DNA of 64,000 nt from Tubiluchus corallicola (lineage: Eukaryota; Animalia; Priapulida), in assembly GCA_030141605.1 (NCBI GenBank), contig JAQGDQ010000137.1, positions 186,001 through 250,000 on the forward strand, given 5' to 3'. The notes beneath the pieces were generated by a model. That model saw only the letters and a list, made by a program, of their open reading frames with translations, was not told the DNA's origin and searched no databases. Below are positions 46,872-61,150 of the stretch, in pieces. The position numbers and the translations under genes are program-made. Within the stretch, counting starts at the first letter, position 1, and each line of letters starts with the position of its first letter.

Positions 46872-48796
46872 ACGGTACTGACAATTGAGAAAATGTACTG
46901 GTAAACCATTTAGCAAGTGACATGCCAACATGCTGTACACACTAATATCTCTATCACAGGTAAAGATGCTTGCTTTTTGCCCAAAATGGAAAAATTTACC
47001 TACATCTGTCACACTAGTGTAATGAGTGGTTTCTATCATGAAGTGTAAGATCAATAAAAACTTTTCATAAGTTAATAATATTTAAAGGACAAGAAAAGGG
47101 GAACCTGAAGCAGGTTTCAGAAAAATCACCTTAAAAAATTGCCTGCTTTACAGCAATTTTATGCACAAATCGTATTTGCGTTGAAAGGAATTTTCGTTTG
47201 TTTTCATTTTAAATCTCCTGCAGTGCTGTTACAAAGTTGCCATTACATGACGTTACCTACGCAAACGTAAATCAGGGGAGGACATGGCAATGTTAAATTA
47301 TGACACAAAAAACTTTGCGGGCAAATCTATATTACTTAGCATTTTACTTGCTGGAAAGACTTATGTAACTAGACTAATAATTTAAAATGTTTGTGCCAAT
47401 TGGTAAAATGTTGCTGACTCACCCTCCAGGATGCGCCACTCACTAGCCAAAAATGCATTTTAACCTTATTGACAAGATAGAGTAATTTAATCTTTTACTT
47501 AATTAGCAACATGTATGCTACGAATGCACTGATTATTTTTTCAAACTTTACTTAATGTTATCAAATCTTGTTTCAAACGATCTACCATGCACCTAGCGGT
47601 CATCACGGGAGTTTAAATTTAAATGAAATTTTTAAGCTTTATGTAAGTGAAGGGTTTTCTTGTGCTTTAATGATATCTCCCATAATATATACGAACAACA
47701 TGCTTGATACATTGATATGAAAGTATGTACGTGTATGCAAGTATGTCTTCAACTATTGTGTCATTATTTCCCTTAGGACACAAAACTGATTGGTAATAAT
47801 TTCACTAGACATAGAAAATGTACTGTTCCATCATGCAAAAATATTTTTCTATATGGCATTTTAGCTTATCAGTTAATTTAGTAGAATGACACTAGTATGA
47901 GGATTCAGTGATCACGTAAAAGCAAAAAAAAAACAGATCATATCATATTAGCCAAATGTACAACTTCAGACTTTCATTCACTCTGGATTTTAATGCACTT
48001 CCTACAACTACACTAATATTTAGGCACGTGGAAGCATAGGTCCGGTGATTTCCAACGCCACCATGGATAAAGTAAAGCAACAGATATCTGGCTAAACAGA
48101 TATACTGATAAGCACATCCAATGTAAAATCAACTTAAAAATGAAAACTTAAAGGCAGGTTTCACTGGCTTCGCAACTTCCGTAACTATTTGAAAACTTAG
48201 CCAAATTTGTGGTAAAAACTTTACGGGTATTCACCATTGTTGCCAAAAGATCGCTGACTTTGGCAAAAAATTTTAAAACGTTAAAAGTTCGTCGCCAGAG
48301 TCGCAAAATTCATCACCTTAGCAAAATTTCTCCAAACTGTTGGTAAAGTTTGGTCAAGAAAATTTATTTGTACCCTTTTATTAGATATTTCGCTTATAAT
48401 TTAATTAATCTAATATTCATATTTATTTTGAAATAGTGCTTCAAAAACAATAATACTGCATGATTGTGGAAGACTATCTCTGTGTAGTTTTTATTCACAA
48501 TGCTCTGTTTCTGGCTGTTTTCTTTAACCCTGAGGGAGGATGTATAGGAATTGAACTGGCCAAAACACCTATTCTAGCTTACAGTCTAACCTTAGAGAAT
48601 TACCTTTGACAATAAAAGACAAGTCTTAGTCTGAAACTAGCTTACAGAGTGCCAAATAGCATAAAAATGATGCTACTATATTTTCCATATAATAATGCTA
48701 CATAATATTTTTCATACAACAAAAAAAATAATTTTTCATATAAATTATGAAAAAGTTCATTTTCATAATTAGCAAAATATAATTTAAATATCTTAC

Positions 48797-49021
48797 CTCC
48801 CCATGATTTTTAATCAGCAATTCCTTTTCACTGACCAAGTCTTTCTTCTCTTCCTTCTCTCGAGCTAACTCTTCTATGAGCCTGCGAATTTCCTCTTCCA
48901 ACTCTGCGATTTTATTCGACATCTGAATCATCTCTTCCTTGTTACCTCTAAGTGATTCAAGTTCTTGCTGTAATGCTGCCAGACTGGCGACATCTGCACG
49001 AAGTTTAGCATTCTCTTTGTT
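48797..49021 (-). CDS. MYO5: Myosin V exon v17 (coiled coil)
   Basis: NKENAKLRADVASL...EKELLIKNHGE; GTAAGA donor. Confidence 0.93.
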
Positions 49022-49693
49022 CTAAAAGTGCAAAATCAGAATTGTCAAAATGTTACTAAGTATCACTAGCCAAAAATCTCGTGTTACACCTCCAGAAATG
49101 TTTACGCCAATGTGCAAGCTATTGTTGAAACTAAATGTTTTGTGTCTCCATGCATCGAAACCTTTGTTAAAACAAAAAAACTTCTTTTAGAACAATGCTG
49201 GAACGTTGGGTTTTCAACACTATCAACAAAAAATTCCATTTAACAAGAAAAATAACATTTTAGTTGTACGGTGCACTGCGAAGAAAAAATAACAGAAAGA
49301 GAAAATAAGTGTAAATCCGAAAAACCACAAGAAAAGCAATAACGTCCATTCCAACTGTGTTCTTTTTATGAGTTAGCTGATATGACTTAAATCTTATTTA
49401 ACAAGGACAATCCAGTTTACATTTCACTATAGGCATTTCTGCTGTATTTTCCTGTACATTTTGTTTTCGTTCCCGTTGCATGTTTGTTTGTCTGTTAGCT
49501 AATAGGTTTGTGCAAAAACTATTTAGCCGATTTCCTGGAAACGATGTAGATGGGTGGAGCATGGGAGAAGGAAAAATCCCTTAAATTTTGATGCTGATCT
49601 GGGTCAGTTGCACTGAGCTTTGTAATAATTTAATAGACGCATTTATCATTAAAAGTTTCATCTACGATTTTGTAGTTTAGCAGATTCTTTGGC

Positions 49694-50069
49694 CAGTGGT
49701 GTAGCAAGTTCTTGTGGTGCCCGGGGGCAAAAAACTTCTGGTGCCCAACCTTTTTAATGTTGTGATCATTTGTTTCATGGGCTAAGCTACAAACTCTGCA
49801 CTTTTTTGCGTCCATGAGCCCCACTTTCCTTTTCCGACTTGAAAAGAACAGTTCTTTTTTGAGACTTGGTATAGGAAAGTTGCTCGTAGCATGAGTCATT
49901 AGACGTTCAGCTACAATGATCTCTGAAAACTTTTGTAACAGCTTTGTTAATTGCTAATGTTGGATTAGTAATTAATAATTAACAGTCATTAAACTCTAGT
50001 AAAATTTTGCATCCTCTCAGCCTTGCAGGGGATGATTGCCGTATTTGCCCCCCCTTTGCTACGCTTTTG
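49694..50069. mobile_element. hAT-type MITE
   Basis: Ends CAGTGGTGTAGCAA / TTGCTACGCTTTTG, with GCCC/GGGGC subterminal motifs. Flanks TCTTTGGC and CGTTTGGC match 6/8. Confidence 0.65.
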
Positions 50070-50201
50070 CGTTTGGCTTGCAGAAGTCTACATTTTACTG
50101 AATGATATTCCAGTTATATAATGTAGTTACACATTAGGAAACAACATTAAGACGCTGAAATATAATTAGTCAATTAATGAAAAACATCAAACTAAACTCA
50201 C

Positions 50202-50408
50202 AATTTCATCAATCTTTTGCTGTTGTGAGATGATCCTGTTTTCTAAGCCAAGATTCTGTTTCTTCACGCCTTCAATCGACCTGGCTTCTATCTTAAGCGC
50301 CTTGAATATTTTCTTGGCGTTTCTTCTGCGAACATGACACTGAAGGCGAATAAACCCTCGGATGACTTTACGATACTGTTTGCGTACGAGCCACATTCGT
50401 ACGTTTCG
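50202..50408 (-). CDS. MYO5: Myosin V exon v16 (IQ5-6)
   Basis: RNVRMWLVRK...LQCHVRRRNAKKIFKALKIEARS...GLENRIISQQQKIDEI. Confidence 0.95.
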
Positions 50409-51306
50409 CTGAAAACATAAATGCACAACTTAATGCAAACAAGAACATATTTTTCAAATAGCTGTCATTCACTAGCTTAATAATTTGCTAATTTGGCTGA
50501 AACTAGAAGTTTGCGGCACCATTATCTGAACCTTCATTTTTGAAAGGAAAACAGGATGATTTTTCATATCCTACCCCATGTTGAAGTACGGTAAAAAGTA
50601 TACATTATAAGACCTATAATAATGCCAAAGCATTTTTGCTAATTAAATAATATGTTAAAAACTTAATTAAGGGCAGACGAGCCCAACTAATGATGACTAA
50701 TAGTTGAACAAAATTTTCAACAGCACAAACATTCCATGAGCGTGTTACATGTTTTTTCAAGATTCACATGTTTGTGAAAGTGGTAAATGAAGTACACTGC
50801 TAATGTACAACCTTAACTGCGACATACAAATTTCAAGTTTACTGTTGTGTTCACACACGAGAGGTACAGCACCCGTTTTTGTCCAACACATTTCTGAGAT
50901 GGGGGCGTTAGTGTCCATCTAACTAGTGAATGAAAAATGCATGCAACAACAAAAAACTAGCCGAGCAGTTCAAGTAAGTCATTATAGAAAAAATAGTATG
51001 TGCCTCCTCAACATTTTAAAGGTAAATTATTTTGAGCTATAGTTTAATAAATATATATCTGTATATATGTGTGTGAGTTGCAGATTGAATATAAAATGCT
51101 TGAAGAAATAAAACTGATTTATTTGGAATTGTACAGCAATCTAGCACTCCTAACATGAATGTTTCATGTTTACTGAAAGTTCATAAGCTTTTTAAATGGT
51201 TAACTATCTTGTTTCATTGTATTTAGGTCTATAAAAAACATGTTACAGCCAAGATCACGGATGAAACAGAAGTGAAAATACGTATTTCCTGTTTTAAATA
51301 AAATAC

Positions 51307-51496
51307 CTGTATGACTGTAGCTTTACAGTTTCGTAAGAGGACCTGATAGCGACGTCGTGCGTATAACCCACGTATGCGACACTGTAGTGAAACTGCAAGC
51401 TTTTGCAGTTTCGTATACTTTTGCCATTCGTAAAATCCACGCCAGTAACGCTGAATTGCAATGGCAGCTCGTGTACGTCGGAGGAAAAGCAGCAAC
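51307..51496 (-). CDS. MYO5: Myosin V exon v15 (IQ3-4)
   Basis: AAIAIQRYWRG...LQCRIRGLYARRRY...KATVIQ. Confidence 0.95.
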
Positions 51497-51696
51497 CTGA
51501 AAATAGGAATCAATTAAATTTGACTTTATAAATTTACACTTTACAAATACACGACATAACTGAAATCAATTTCTAGTCAGCAAAATAATCAACGGAGGCT
51601 GTTTACAATTTTTAAGTAATTCCAGTGTTCAGAATAATTATTCACTCACAGCACTCTGACACAAACCAATTCCAATTTGATAGAAAAGCTTGTAAC

Positions 51697-51908
51697 CTTT
51701 GAGCCAGAAATCCTCGCACAAATCTCTGGATTGTTATAGCTCCTTTTCTCATCTTCTGGTACTGAGTTCGCAGCAGAAAACCTTTGATGTGTTTCTGAAT
51801 CATGATTCCGCATGCTTTAAGCCTGTCAGAGCGCAACTTTTCCATGTAAGCAACCTGGCCAGCTCGAAAAAATATCTTTGTCTTTCCAAACTGAAATTTG
51901 TCTTCATC
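51697..51908 (-). CDS. MYO5: Myosin V exon v14 (converter end, IQ1-2)
   Basis: [26 protein letters not shown]...IQKHIKG...IQRFVRG. Confidence 0.96.
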
Positions 51909-53038
51909 CTGTAAGATAAATTTTAGCAACTTGTTTAGTGAATAATATGATCACAAACTAGAACATTTAACTACTTTGATTTATTTTGTTAGAGGTGAAT
52001 GATAAAGTCGTCAGGATACGCACTTAGCTGTCAAGGTTGAACAACTCTGAGGTAGGTTAGCATATGGATTCATGGTCATTAGGAAAACTGCTGCCTCACT
52101 TCGTCGGCTCCCTACTTACTTCGTTGAAAGATTCTTTATTCATTTAGTTTTTAGTGTCTCATCTTATAACATTATCCTTTACAAATGAATTTGGTTCCTG
52201 TTCCAGCCCCAGCCGTTTACATTAAATATTTTTGCTTACAAAGTTCTACTTGTTATAAGTAGGGGTTGGCAGCAGATATAAATTTTAATTTGAACAAGTT
52301 TTTTAACTGAAATCCAAATCGAACCTAATATTATGAATTCGAATAATTTAATATTTCAATTACATTTGTTCAGTATCATTGAAACGTTTAAAACAGCATT
52401 ATATTAAGCACGATTTAGTTGTGATCATCTGTGCACAATTTTTAAAAAATTGTTCAGTTCTTACTGCAAAACAAAATCAAGCAATATGCACGATCTTTGC
52501 AAGACCGTTTTTTATCAATCAATTTGAAATTTATTCAGAAATTGTTAGTACTGCATTCGAATTCAACAAGATATAATCTTGAAATTCTATTTGATTCAAA
52601 TTCGATTTCTGTTAGTGCATGCTCACTTCTTCATCTAGGAAATGCCGCCATTATTGGTTGTCTGATTACAAAAGTGAATATTCTTTAAAAGGGCTGTTAA
52701 GTTAGGAAGAAACCCTTTTTGAATGATGCATGGCCTGCAAACGTTGCCAAAAGTCTCTGTTGTATGCTCTAGTTAAAGTGAAAACTCTCAAACTAAAACC
52801 ATGGCCTTGTTGCAATATTGTGTAATATCACCACCAAATACTAAAGAGTTCATTGTTTATGAAATCATTAGAATCATGCAACAGACTCAGTAAACATGTT
52901 TTTCAGACAAAAGCAAATTACTGTAGCTTGAAGCTAACCAACTCATAAATGAAGGAATCTCAAAATTCAAGTTCTATGGGAACTTAATGCTACATACAGA
53001 ATTTTTAAGTACGAAAGGAAATCATTTTTAGTACCTAC

Positions 53039-53150
53039 CTGGATGAGATTTTTCAGTAGGTTTTTGCTAGTCTCTCTCATATCTTTTCGATTTATCTGGC
53101 AGCTCTTAATTAGTACCCGATAACGAGTAAAAAATTCTTTGTATGTCCAC
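53039..53150 (-). CDS. MYO5: Myosin V exon v13
   Basis: WTYKEFFTRYRVLIKSCQINRKDMRETSKNLLKNLIQ. Confidence 0.95.
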
Positions 53151-53401
53151 CTGTGAAATGTAAAAGTTACAAATGTATAATCAAACAACTATTAAATCAC
53201 AATTCAACTAGTTGGACTGCTTCTGCAACTCACATTCCGAATTATGCCACATAAATAAATAAATAAATCACAATTATTTAACGCAAGCAGCAACTTTTCT
53301 GTAAATAAATTTGATGTTACAAACTTTACCACAAAAATTAAACATAAACTTATCCTGACATTAATTATGTAGCCAAAATAATGAAAACATATTATACCTA
53401 C

Positions 53402-53586
53402 CTTGAAGGATATCCAGCAGCACTGATTCTAATAGTTTCTAACACACCACAAGCTCTTAGTTGTTGAATCGCTCGTTGTGGATCAAAAGTAAAAGCTGCC
53501 TTGTCATCATTGGGCTTGATACAGCGAACAAAATGTGGTGTTGTTGCCATTAGTGCACTCATTAGTGATGTTAATGAGCCTTTAAA
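53402..53586 (-). CDS. MYO5: Myosin V exon v12
   Basis: FKGSLTSLM...[11 protein letters not shown]...[22 protein letters not shown]. Confidence 0.97.
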
Positions 53587-53840
53587 CTGGAAAACAATAC
53601 AATTTAATGAGTTATGAAGGAAACTCTAGTGTAAAACAATTTAGTTTAAACTTTAAACTTTATTTCATTTGCAGAAAATCATTGTGATCAAGAAATACAT
53701 GTAATAACTTCGTAAGAGGAAAATCTATATTATAGCCGTTCAGAGAGAAAAAATACATTATTTTTTAAGTTTCACTGAAAGATAGTTAGAAAAAATAACA
53801 AAGGACAGAATAGGCTAGAAACAGATATCAAACATCATAC

Positions 53841-53963
53841 CTGATTGCCAACAGTTTTCTTGTTTGATTTTTGACTAGACCCTGTCCCTGTTTTTGACTG
53901 TGATTTAGATGACTTGACTGGCGTTTCTTTTACTTCTGCAAACAGCGTTCTCACGAGTTCACT
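53841..53963 (-). CDS. MYO5: Myosin V exon v11 (loop 2)
   Basis: SELVRTLFAEVKETPVKSSKSQSKTGTGSSQKSNKKTVGNQ. Confidence 0.95.
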
Positions 53964-54647
53964 CTAAAAAAACATAAGAAAGCATAACAAAACGTACGAG
54001 TTGAACATTGCAAAACACCAAAATATTCCTACATTATTTATTTGAGAAAGAAACAACTATATGGCAACTGCTTAACGATCAAAACTAAGTTCTGAGGCGA
54101 GGTGCATGGTCTAGTGGCATCTTGACTACCAAAGTTAAGATGACGTCGAGGCTGGTCAGGGAGTATATCGCTGAACCGCTTCAATTCTAGCTCAGGGCCA
54201 TTTCATTCACTTGGCTGTTTACCCCATGGGGGAGGATATACATACATCTGAATGTGACTGAGGTGCTTCTGTTGCTGGTTCATTAGCTCATGCTATTGAT
54301 GAGTCAGATTCCGGCCTTCCCACAACCGTCCAGTTCCTGGGTCTGGATGACAAAATAGACGAAGGTGATAAAAAAAATCATTTAAGTAGTTTCATTGCCA
54401 CTAATTACCCAGATTTTATCTCACTGAGAGAAAATGCAAATAAATTTCAACATGGCTAAGATGCATCTGCCAATTTCCTTTCAAAGGGTTATTCTTGACA
54501 AAAAGACAAGTTCCGGTCCTGCTACAACCATCAACGTGATAAATAAGCCCTGGTGTTGAGTATTGGACCCTGCTTTGCAATGTGTCAACAAACTACACAT
54601 GAACTGCAGCATTCAAAAAATCAATACAGATGACATGTTCTTCTTAC

Positions 54648-54857
54648 TTTGCTAGTTCGTAGTACAGCCAAATGTTCTTCTATCACAGTATCACGGTTTT
54701 TGTCTAAAAAGCCGTCCACCTCATACTCCACCTTGTCAGCAAAGTGGTCAACAATAAACGATGTGTTTGACAACCTCGGCTTCATGAAGTGTTTACTCTT
54801 ACCATTGTGTTTGTCATAGAGTTTCTGGCACCAAGATTTGTCCGTTCCCTTCGGCAT
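54648..54857 (-). CDS. MYO5: Myosin V exon v10
   Basis: [14 protein letters not shown]...[21 protein letters not shown]...RTSK. Confidence 0.96.
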
Positions 54858-55675
54858 CTACAAAAACATTAAATGGGTTTTTGAGTTTCTTGCCTAGTCA
54901 GAAAATGGGAAATTTAGCTGTTAGTCAAAATCGAATAATGCAACTGTTTTTGCTTAGAAAATTTCTTGTAAGAGTCCTAGATTTTTCACACTTGTCCAAT
55001 GTTTACAACATCCCAGCTATCCTTTCCCTAAATTTAGTTTTGCAAGATCGATATGTATTATCATCTACTTTTATACCATCTACAAGTAACAAGATCTGCT
55101 TCATGTAACATCTATTTTGTTTTGCATAATTTACTAGCGCCAAGTTTGCAGAAACTGCAGATACATTGTTTATAACAGTAAAACAGAAAAAGTAGGCTGC
55201 CGTTTAGATAGGGCTCACTTTGATAGGGCTACACAGACTTTGCAGGGATTACAACTGTTTCTATATCCATGTCTGGTTTTAGAAACCAGGACCACATTTA
55301 CACTATGATTTAGAACAAGTCATAGCATCTTCAAGTTAGTGGTGTCACTGGAAAAAATAATTTAATTTTGAAGATCAACTATTTAATACACTTGTAAGTT
55401 GTTGCCACTATTGTTTTCCAGGCATTGTCACTATTTGTCCAAGTTTTTGTTCTTTTCATTCCTGTACTATTACGGTCTATAATTGTCTATAATTTAATTC
55501 GTTCTATTGGTGTATCATGTACCAAAGAAGTGGACTAGACAACAATTATTATTCCAAACATTTAGCGGTTAAATATTCTAGGTATTGAACAAGTTACATC
55601 CTGGCAATAAATAAATTAGACATTAAAGTATTCTGCAAAGAATTTAATATAAATTGAGACAATGTCCTTCCTTAC

Positions 55676-55816
55676 CATACATTCCTCGTCCAAAAGATCT
55701 AACAATCCCAGTTTTCCCTCAATGAGATTTATGCAAGGCTGGTTATCATAAAAATCAATGAATGACCACTGAATCTTTTCCCGTACATACTCCTCTTGTT
55801 CTAATTTGAAAACATG
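55676..55816 (-). CDS. MYO5: Myosin V exon v9
   Basis: [47 protein letters not shown]. Confidence 0.97.
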
Positions 55817-55957
55817 CTGTAAAAATATGAAGAAATAGTCAAAAATAGCAAAAACAAAATCAAAAAAGTACGTAAAACAGTGGTATGAACTTATGTCAAA
55901 ATTCAAGAATGCTAACATATGTTATTAAAAATAAGTAAAAAATGTTTTTTAAATTAC

Positions 55958-56039
55958 CATGTTAAACTGCTGTTGCAACTTCTCGTTAGCATAGTTGATG
56001 CAGAATTGTTCGAAACTGTTCACATCAAAAGTTTCAAAC
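55958..56039 (-). CDS. MYO5: Myosin V exon v8
   Basis: [27 protein letters not shown]. Confidence 0.97.
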
Positions 56040-56362
56040 CTAAACATATTGGATTGTATATTAAACACTGAAATAATAATAACTTACACATAAAATGAGC
56101 TACGTTTGGGTCACTATAATACAGCCTGTCTTGTCTTATAACAGTTTTTGTTACTAACATTTCTAATGTGTTTTGTTAGAAGACATACATAAGGGTTAAC
56201 ATATGGTCTTGTCAACTATTTAACTTCAGTGACATTTTGATCTCAAAAAATATGAGAATCATTAACAAATTTTATATAGATTTTGAGAAAAATAATAAAA
56301 TATACATAACTGTGTATGAAATAGACCAAATGCGCTATCGATAATGCTTTTACAGTGCTTAC

Positions 56363-56496
56363 CCGTATATATCCAGCACACCAGTAAATCTCAGTCGTTT
56401 TTCTACGCACTTTAACTCTTTGTTCACTTGAGTAACTATCCAATCGAACAATCGTGCATAAATGTGTTTTGCTAATGCATCCTTTGCAAACTGTGC
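56363..56496 (-). CDS. MYO5: Myosin V exon v7 (switch II start)
   Basis: [21 protein letters not shown]...FTGVLDIYG. Confidence 0.97.
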
Positions 56497-56687
56497 CTAT
56501 ATTCAGGAGAAAAATGATTTACATAAACAAAACGTAAAAGTATTTAAATGTAAATAAACTATGACAGTATTTGAGTACTATAAAAATGGGTATTAAAATT
56601 TTTTAGCAAATGAACGAACGACAAAGTAAGCAGACACGTACCAGAACAAACAAGCCAACGAATATAAATTCCAAAAATACACCTTAC

Positions 56688-56819
56688 TTCTGACTTTTTA
56701 AGGCCTTTGATAAAGGTTTCTCCCCGGGTGACGATTTTACGATTGCAAAGCCAACCTCGCAGCAACTCCAACTCAACTTGCAACAAATCTGCGACAATGC
56801 TGATAGACTTATCGTCTTT
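56688..56819 (-). CDS. MYO5: Myosin V exon v6
   Basis: KDDKSISIVADLLQV...WLCNRKIVTRGETFIKGLKKSE. Confidence 0.95.
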
Positions 56820-57055
56820 CTGTAATAAAGATGATGCTAAATTGAGCAACATAAAACTAAAAATAGTGACATTGTTTCTTATACATATAAAATTTAAGCA
56901 ATTTAATACCTGCTACGGACTAGTTTTTGTAAAGAAAACGTTACGAAAACTTTCTCTAACGAGTTAAACAACTGACTTCATCTTATCCATAAACAAACTT
57001 GTAAGGAAGATTTATGTAAATATTTAATCGATAATTAACATATAAAGCTACTAAC

Positions 57056-57162
57056 TCTGACTAGGCTCATGTCATTTTCAGCTTCGGCTATTTTCACATT
57101 TCCCATGTGTAGAATGGCTGCAAGAATCTCAAATATTTCCATCTGAACATCATCAACAATGC
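57056..57162 (-). CDS. MYO5: Myosin V exon v5
   Basis: GIVDDVQMEIFEILAAILHMGNVKIAEAENDMSLVR; GTTAGT donor. Confidence 0.93.
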
Positions 57163-57382
57163 CTAAAAAAATTACACTAACATCATAATAATGCATTATT
57201 CTGTCAATTTGTTCCAGTTTACCGTAGTTACTGAAGGAGTTTTAGTAACACCATATTTATTGCAAACCAAATTGAAATGAATTCAGGCCCAAATCTTCAA
57301 GCATGACCTTATTTATCACTTGACCATAGCAATAATACATGTAGTACAATTACTTCACTTTAGAAAAAAGTCATTACATTAC

Positions 57383-57490
57383 CCAGAAGCCTGAACGAAT
57401 CTCTGAGCTCACGAAATTGTGCAACATCATCTATTGTGTCTACAGTTGGCGATTCACCCTGGTTGGTGTACACAAAATTGTCTTGATGAC
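57383..57490 (-). CDS. MYO5: Myosin V exon v4
   Basis: HQDNFVYTNQGESPTVDTIDDVAQFRELRDSFRLL. Confidence 0.95.
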
Positions 57491-60340
57491 CTGTCAAATA
57501 GAGCAAGAAAACTTAGAGATGAAAAACATAGTAAAAAGATTATGAAAATATTAGGCCTACAGCTAAACTAATCATTTTTACTTTCTTGTACACATGCAAA
57601 TATATGTGAGCAGTGGCTGTACATATCTAAACTGTATTTAATCAGACCAAGTTTTCACTATTTCGAGACAAGCGTATGTTAGTCTCTACATGTATTTTTT
57701 AACACGCTAAATTTATATGTGGTGGTAGTAGTAGGCATTGCAAATTTTCTTTACTGTCAATTTCAGCTTATTTAAGAATCAATTAAATCATAACCATATG
57801 TTACAAATGGCCTGACATAGGATCAGCTTAGTACAACTTTTCCTGTACTACTTGTGCTGTAGTCACATTTCGCTTGCTGTACTCTAGGGTAGTTTTAAAA
57901 ATTTAATTGAAATCTTTTTATCATATTTTCTAGATTATCGTACCTTTTTATCCTTTTTATTTACATGTTTTATAACATTACTTGAAAAAGTTTTCCAGTT
58001 CTACCGTTCTGCAGCTAAAATTTCTGATCTATTAATTAATTATCATAAAAACTTGAATCACAACCACTGACTTAGCACTATTTCACCTGCTTTTACACTA
58101 ACTGCACACTGAAGCTACAGTTTTAAGAGAAAACTGAACCTCTCAAATACAATTGAATTTCTAAGCAAAGTCTAATACATACTTACTAACTAACAAACAA
58201 CACAAAACTGCAAGACACAAACATCATTGCAGCATACATGCAAACGATTGGGTTGACCAAAAACAGATGTGGGCAAGTGTATGCCTTCTAACAATTTCTC
58301 GGTTCAGCGCTAGGGTAATTACTAATTAATCCGTTTAATTAATCTAAAGCATAAAATAATCCACCGGTAGGACTTACTTATACATAATCTTATGTATAAA
58401 ATTTTTAGGTAAAATGAAATTAATGAACAATACTTCAGATTTACAAAACTATACCTTCAGAATGAGCAAAGTACCATTTATCCAAGTTAGTCTAACCTGG
58501 AGTCAATGCGTGATCAAGGACATGTGAGTCCTCAACAATAATATGAAAAAAATCGTACATTTTCTAGACATGCATCCACACACATTCTAGTGATTCTATA
58601 AAAATCACGAGCTTTGATTGTTAAATCACTGGAAACAAACTATTTTAATTAGACGAGTGCACACATTTGCTGACACTGGCATCACACCTGCGCACGTCTG
58701 TTTTTGACCTTATTTGTTAAAGGATAAGTTAAACAATTTGAACAATGCCTGGCCTTCTTAAAAGCACATAAATGTGTATAAAAAGTAGATCCTAACAAAA
58801 TGACATTTGAACTAAGATGACCTTTCATGCTTAAGTGAAAGTAAAGAGCAAGGCACTAAAATTCAACTCTTGCAAATGAAAATTAGTCGAGACCAAAGAA
58901 AGCTAGACCATTTTTCATTCTTAGTTGTGTAAACCATGAGGTGCTAAAAATGTTTATTGTTTAAATTAGCAAAACTGTAAAAACCAGAGGCCACTATGTG
59001 GTGAAGCTCTCACAGGTACGATGTTGCATGACTAACCGAGAATGAATTTTATTTTGGACAAATAGTCCACATAATCACAAAAAGCACACATTAGAAGAGT
59101 GTATTTAATTTAAGGAGGACAGATTTTCAGATTTTTTTACTGCTACTATTTTTTTCAATTTCCATTACTGATGCCTGAACAATTACATGAATAGAAGTAA
59201 CATCTTTAAGAGTTCCAGGTTTTTCTTTTTGTCGCCCTAAACAGGTTGTTCATTTTGTTGAAATTTTTTTCAGCTACACACTTAGACTTGTGAAATCGCT
59301 CTAGCGTTTATCAGCATTGACAGATTTTTGGGAACCATCAAACAAGAAAAATTAAATCTCGTGGTATTCTTTATTCAAAGAAATGTTTAAATTTCACACT
59401 TAAAGAAACAAAAGAATTTACATTCAGCTAATCAAGGAATTAAATTGAAAACAACCAGACACAACTTCTAACCTTCCCATCTATATCTGGAAGAATCTAA
59501 GGTGCAAAACACTTAAGGTATCAACTTCATGCTGAGAAGCAGACTAAGGCAATCACACAAAAGTTAGTAAGACGTGTTCAAAAAAACTAAATCTAAGAAA
59601 ACTCAAGTTTACTCACTTTGAACTCCTTCTTGTCCTAATGCAAAACAGAACGATTATATACATAAATTCTTAAAATTTTAAAAAGTAGTTATACCATTTA
59701 CATTATAACTGTAGAAAAAACAAGAATAGACCTTTTTAGTGCAATTTATGTTGAGCACAGCCATTTGGGTACCAAACGACAAAGACTTAGACAGCTAACC
59801 CTAGTCATGGCCAGATCTTGGATCCGAGCTCCTGCATACTCCATGTAAAGGATTTGGAAATAAGCTGTAAGCTCCCTCGACAACAACAGGAAAGAATAAC
59901 ACGTTCGTTTGGGCCGTGACTGACTTAGACGCGAGCGCTGGTGCAAATTGTGCCTTTACAATGTAATGTGGCTCGATCAACCAAGAAAACATTATTTCTG
60001 TGTTGTACTACAAATCTCACTGCTTAGCAAGTTAAAATTGAATGAATCCTTATTGATTAGCTGGTTATAACAATTGAAATTTATCTAAAGTTCTAAAAAA
60101 AATTATTTCTGTGAATACCTCGTGTTATTAAACTGGAAACTATAATTCACCCAATCCTCTTCTGTTAAATGCATATCAAGCATTTCCCAAAACAAATAAC
60201 AAAAAAGTTATGTTAATCTTATTACTGATAATTGAGCATTAAACACCTGATCTGGTTGTTTTCGAGTTAAAGCAAGTTCTAATATGGTTAATTATATTCG
60301 TGTGTTAAATTAAATTGATGCAGTCTCTCTAGATACTTAC

Positions 60341-60566
60341 TGAGTTTCAGGTGTTCAAATTCCGGTTCATCGGCACAGGAGCATAGCTGATAAAAAATGT
60401 GGTAATTTCTCTCTTCCGAAGCTTGGAAAACCACACGGGATTTCTCCAGTAAATAAGTCCTCATGTTTGCACCAACGATGTGAAATTTCTTGTTAAAATC
60501 AATCTCGATGTACTTTCCAAATCGGCTAGAATTGTCATTTCGTATCGTTTTCGCATTGCCTATAGC
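60341..60566 (-). CDS. MYO5: Myosin V exon v3 (switch I)
   Basis: [22 protein letters not shown]...[25 protein letters not shown]. Confidence 0.97.
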
Positions 60567-60993
60567 CTAAGTATTGAAAATAAAACATTACAGGATTGTA
60601 CACAGAAAAGGATCCTCAAACTCACAGCTCTTCATCTTGGCAGAGGCATTTGTAAGAGATGGTGTTTCTCTAGGAATGGCGAGTGAAAAAACTCCATTTT
60701 TGCTCACTATCGGAACACCATGTAGCAATTATTCTAGCAGCATCAAGGAAATTTGTACCTTTTTGAAAATGGAAGAAACCAGGCTACACGATGATGTGGA
60801 TCTCTTTTACAAACGCCTCTATCAAAATGAAACATTCGAGTTAATTGGGAGGAACATTTTGTCTGGATGAGCCTGTAAATGTTCAATTCAAATTAGCAAC
60901 AGTAGCAGATCGGTTAAATTGAGAAAAAACATTTTTAATTTGTAAAAATGAAAAAAATTTCATTTTCCAACTTGTAAATTTTAGTCAGTTTAC

Positions 60994-61150
60994 CTCCATT
61001 ATTGGATTTGAAGCCAGTACTTTTCTCTCAATCTGTGTTTCTGTGTGCGATCCACCAACTGTAGCAAAATATCGCATGGCGTACTTTGCCGATACCGTCT
61101 TCCCTGCACCTGATTCTCCGGATACGATAATGGATTGGTCCCTATCTTCC
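60994..61150 (-). CDS. MYO5: Myosin V exon v2 (P-loop)
   Basis: [30 protein letters not shown]...[10 protein letters not shown]. Confidence 0.97.

Noticed and set aside
54095-54200. tRNA or tRNA-derived SINE head (TGGTCTAGTGG A-box); a similar hint at 32525-32580
   Set aside because: No clear B-box spacing or cloverleaf. At most a decayed SINE, not a tRNA gene.
59800-59835. Cluster of restriction palindromes (TGGCCA, AGATCT, GGATCC, GAGCTC) resembling a vector polylinker
   Set aside because: Only about 13 nt resemble a common MCS and the flanks are not vector-like. Probably chance; VecScreen would settle it.
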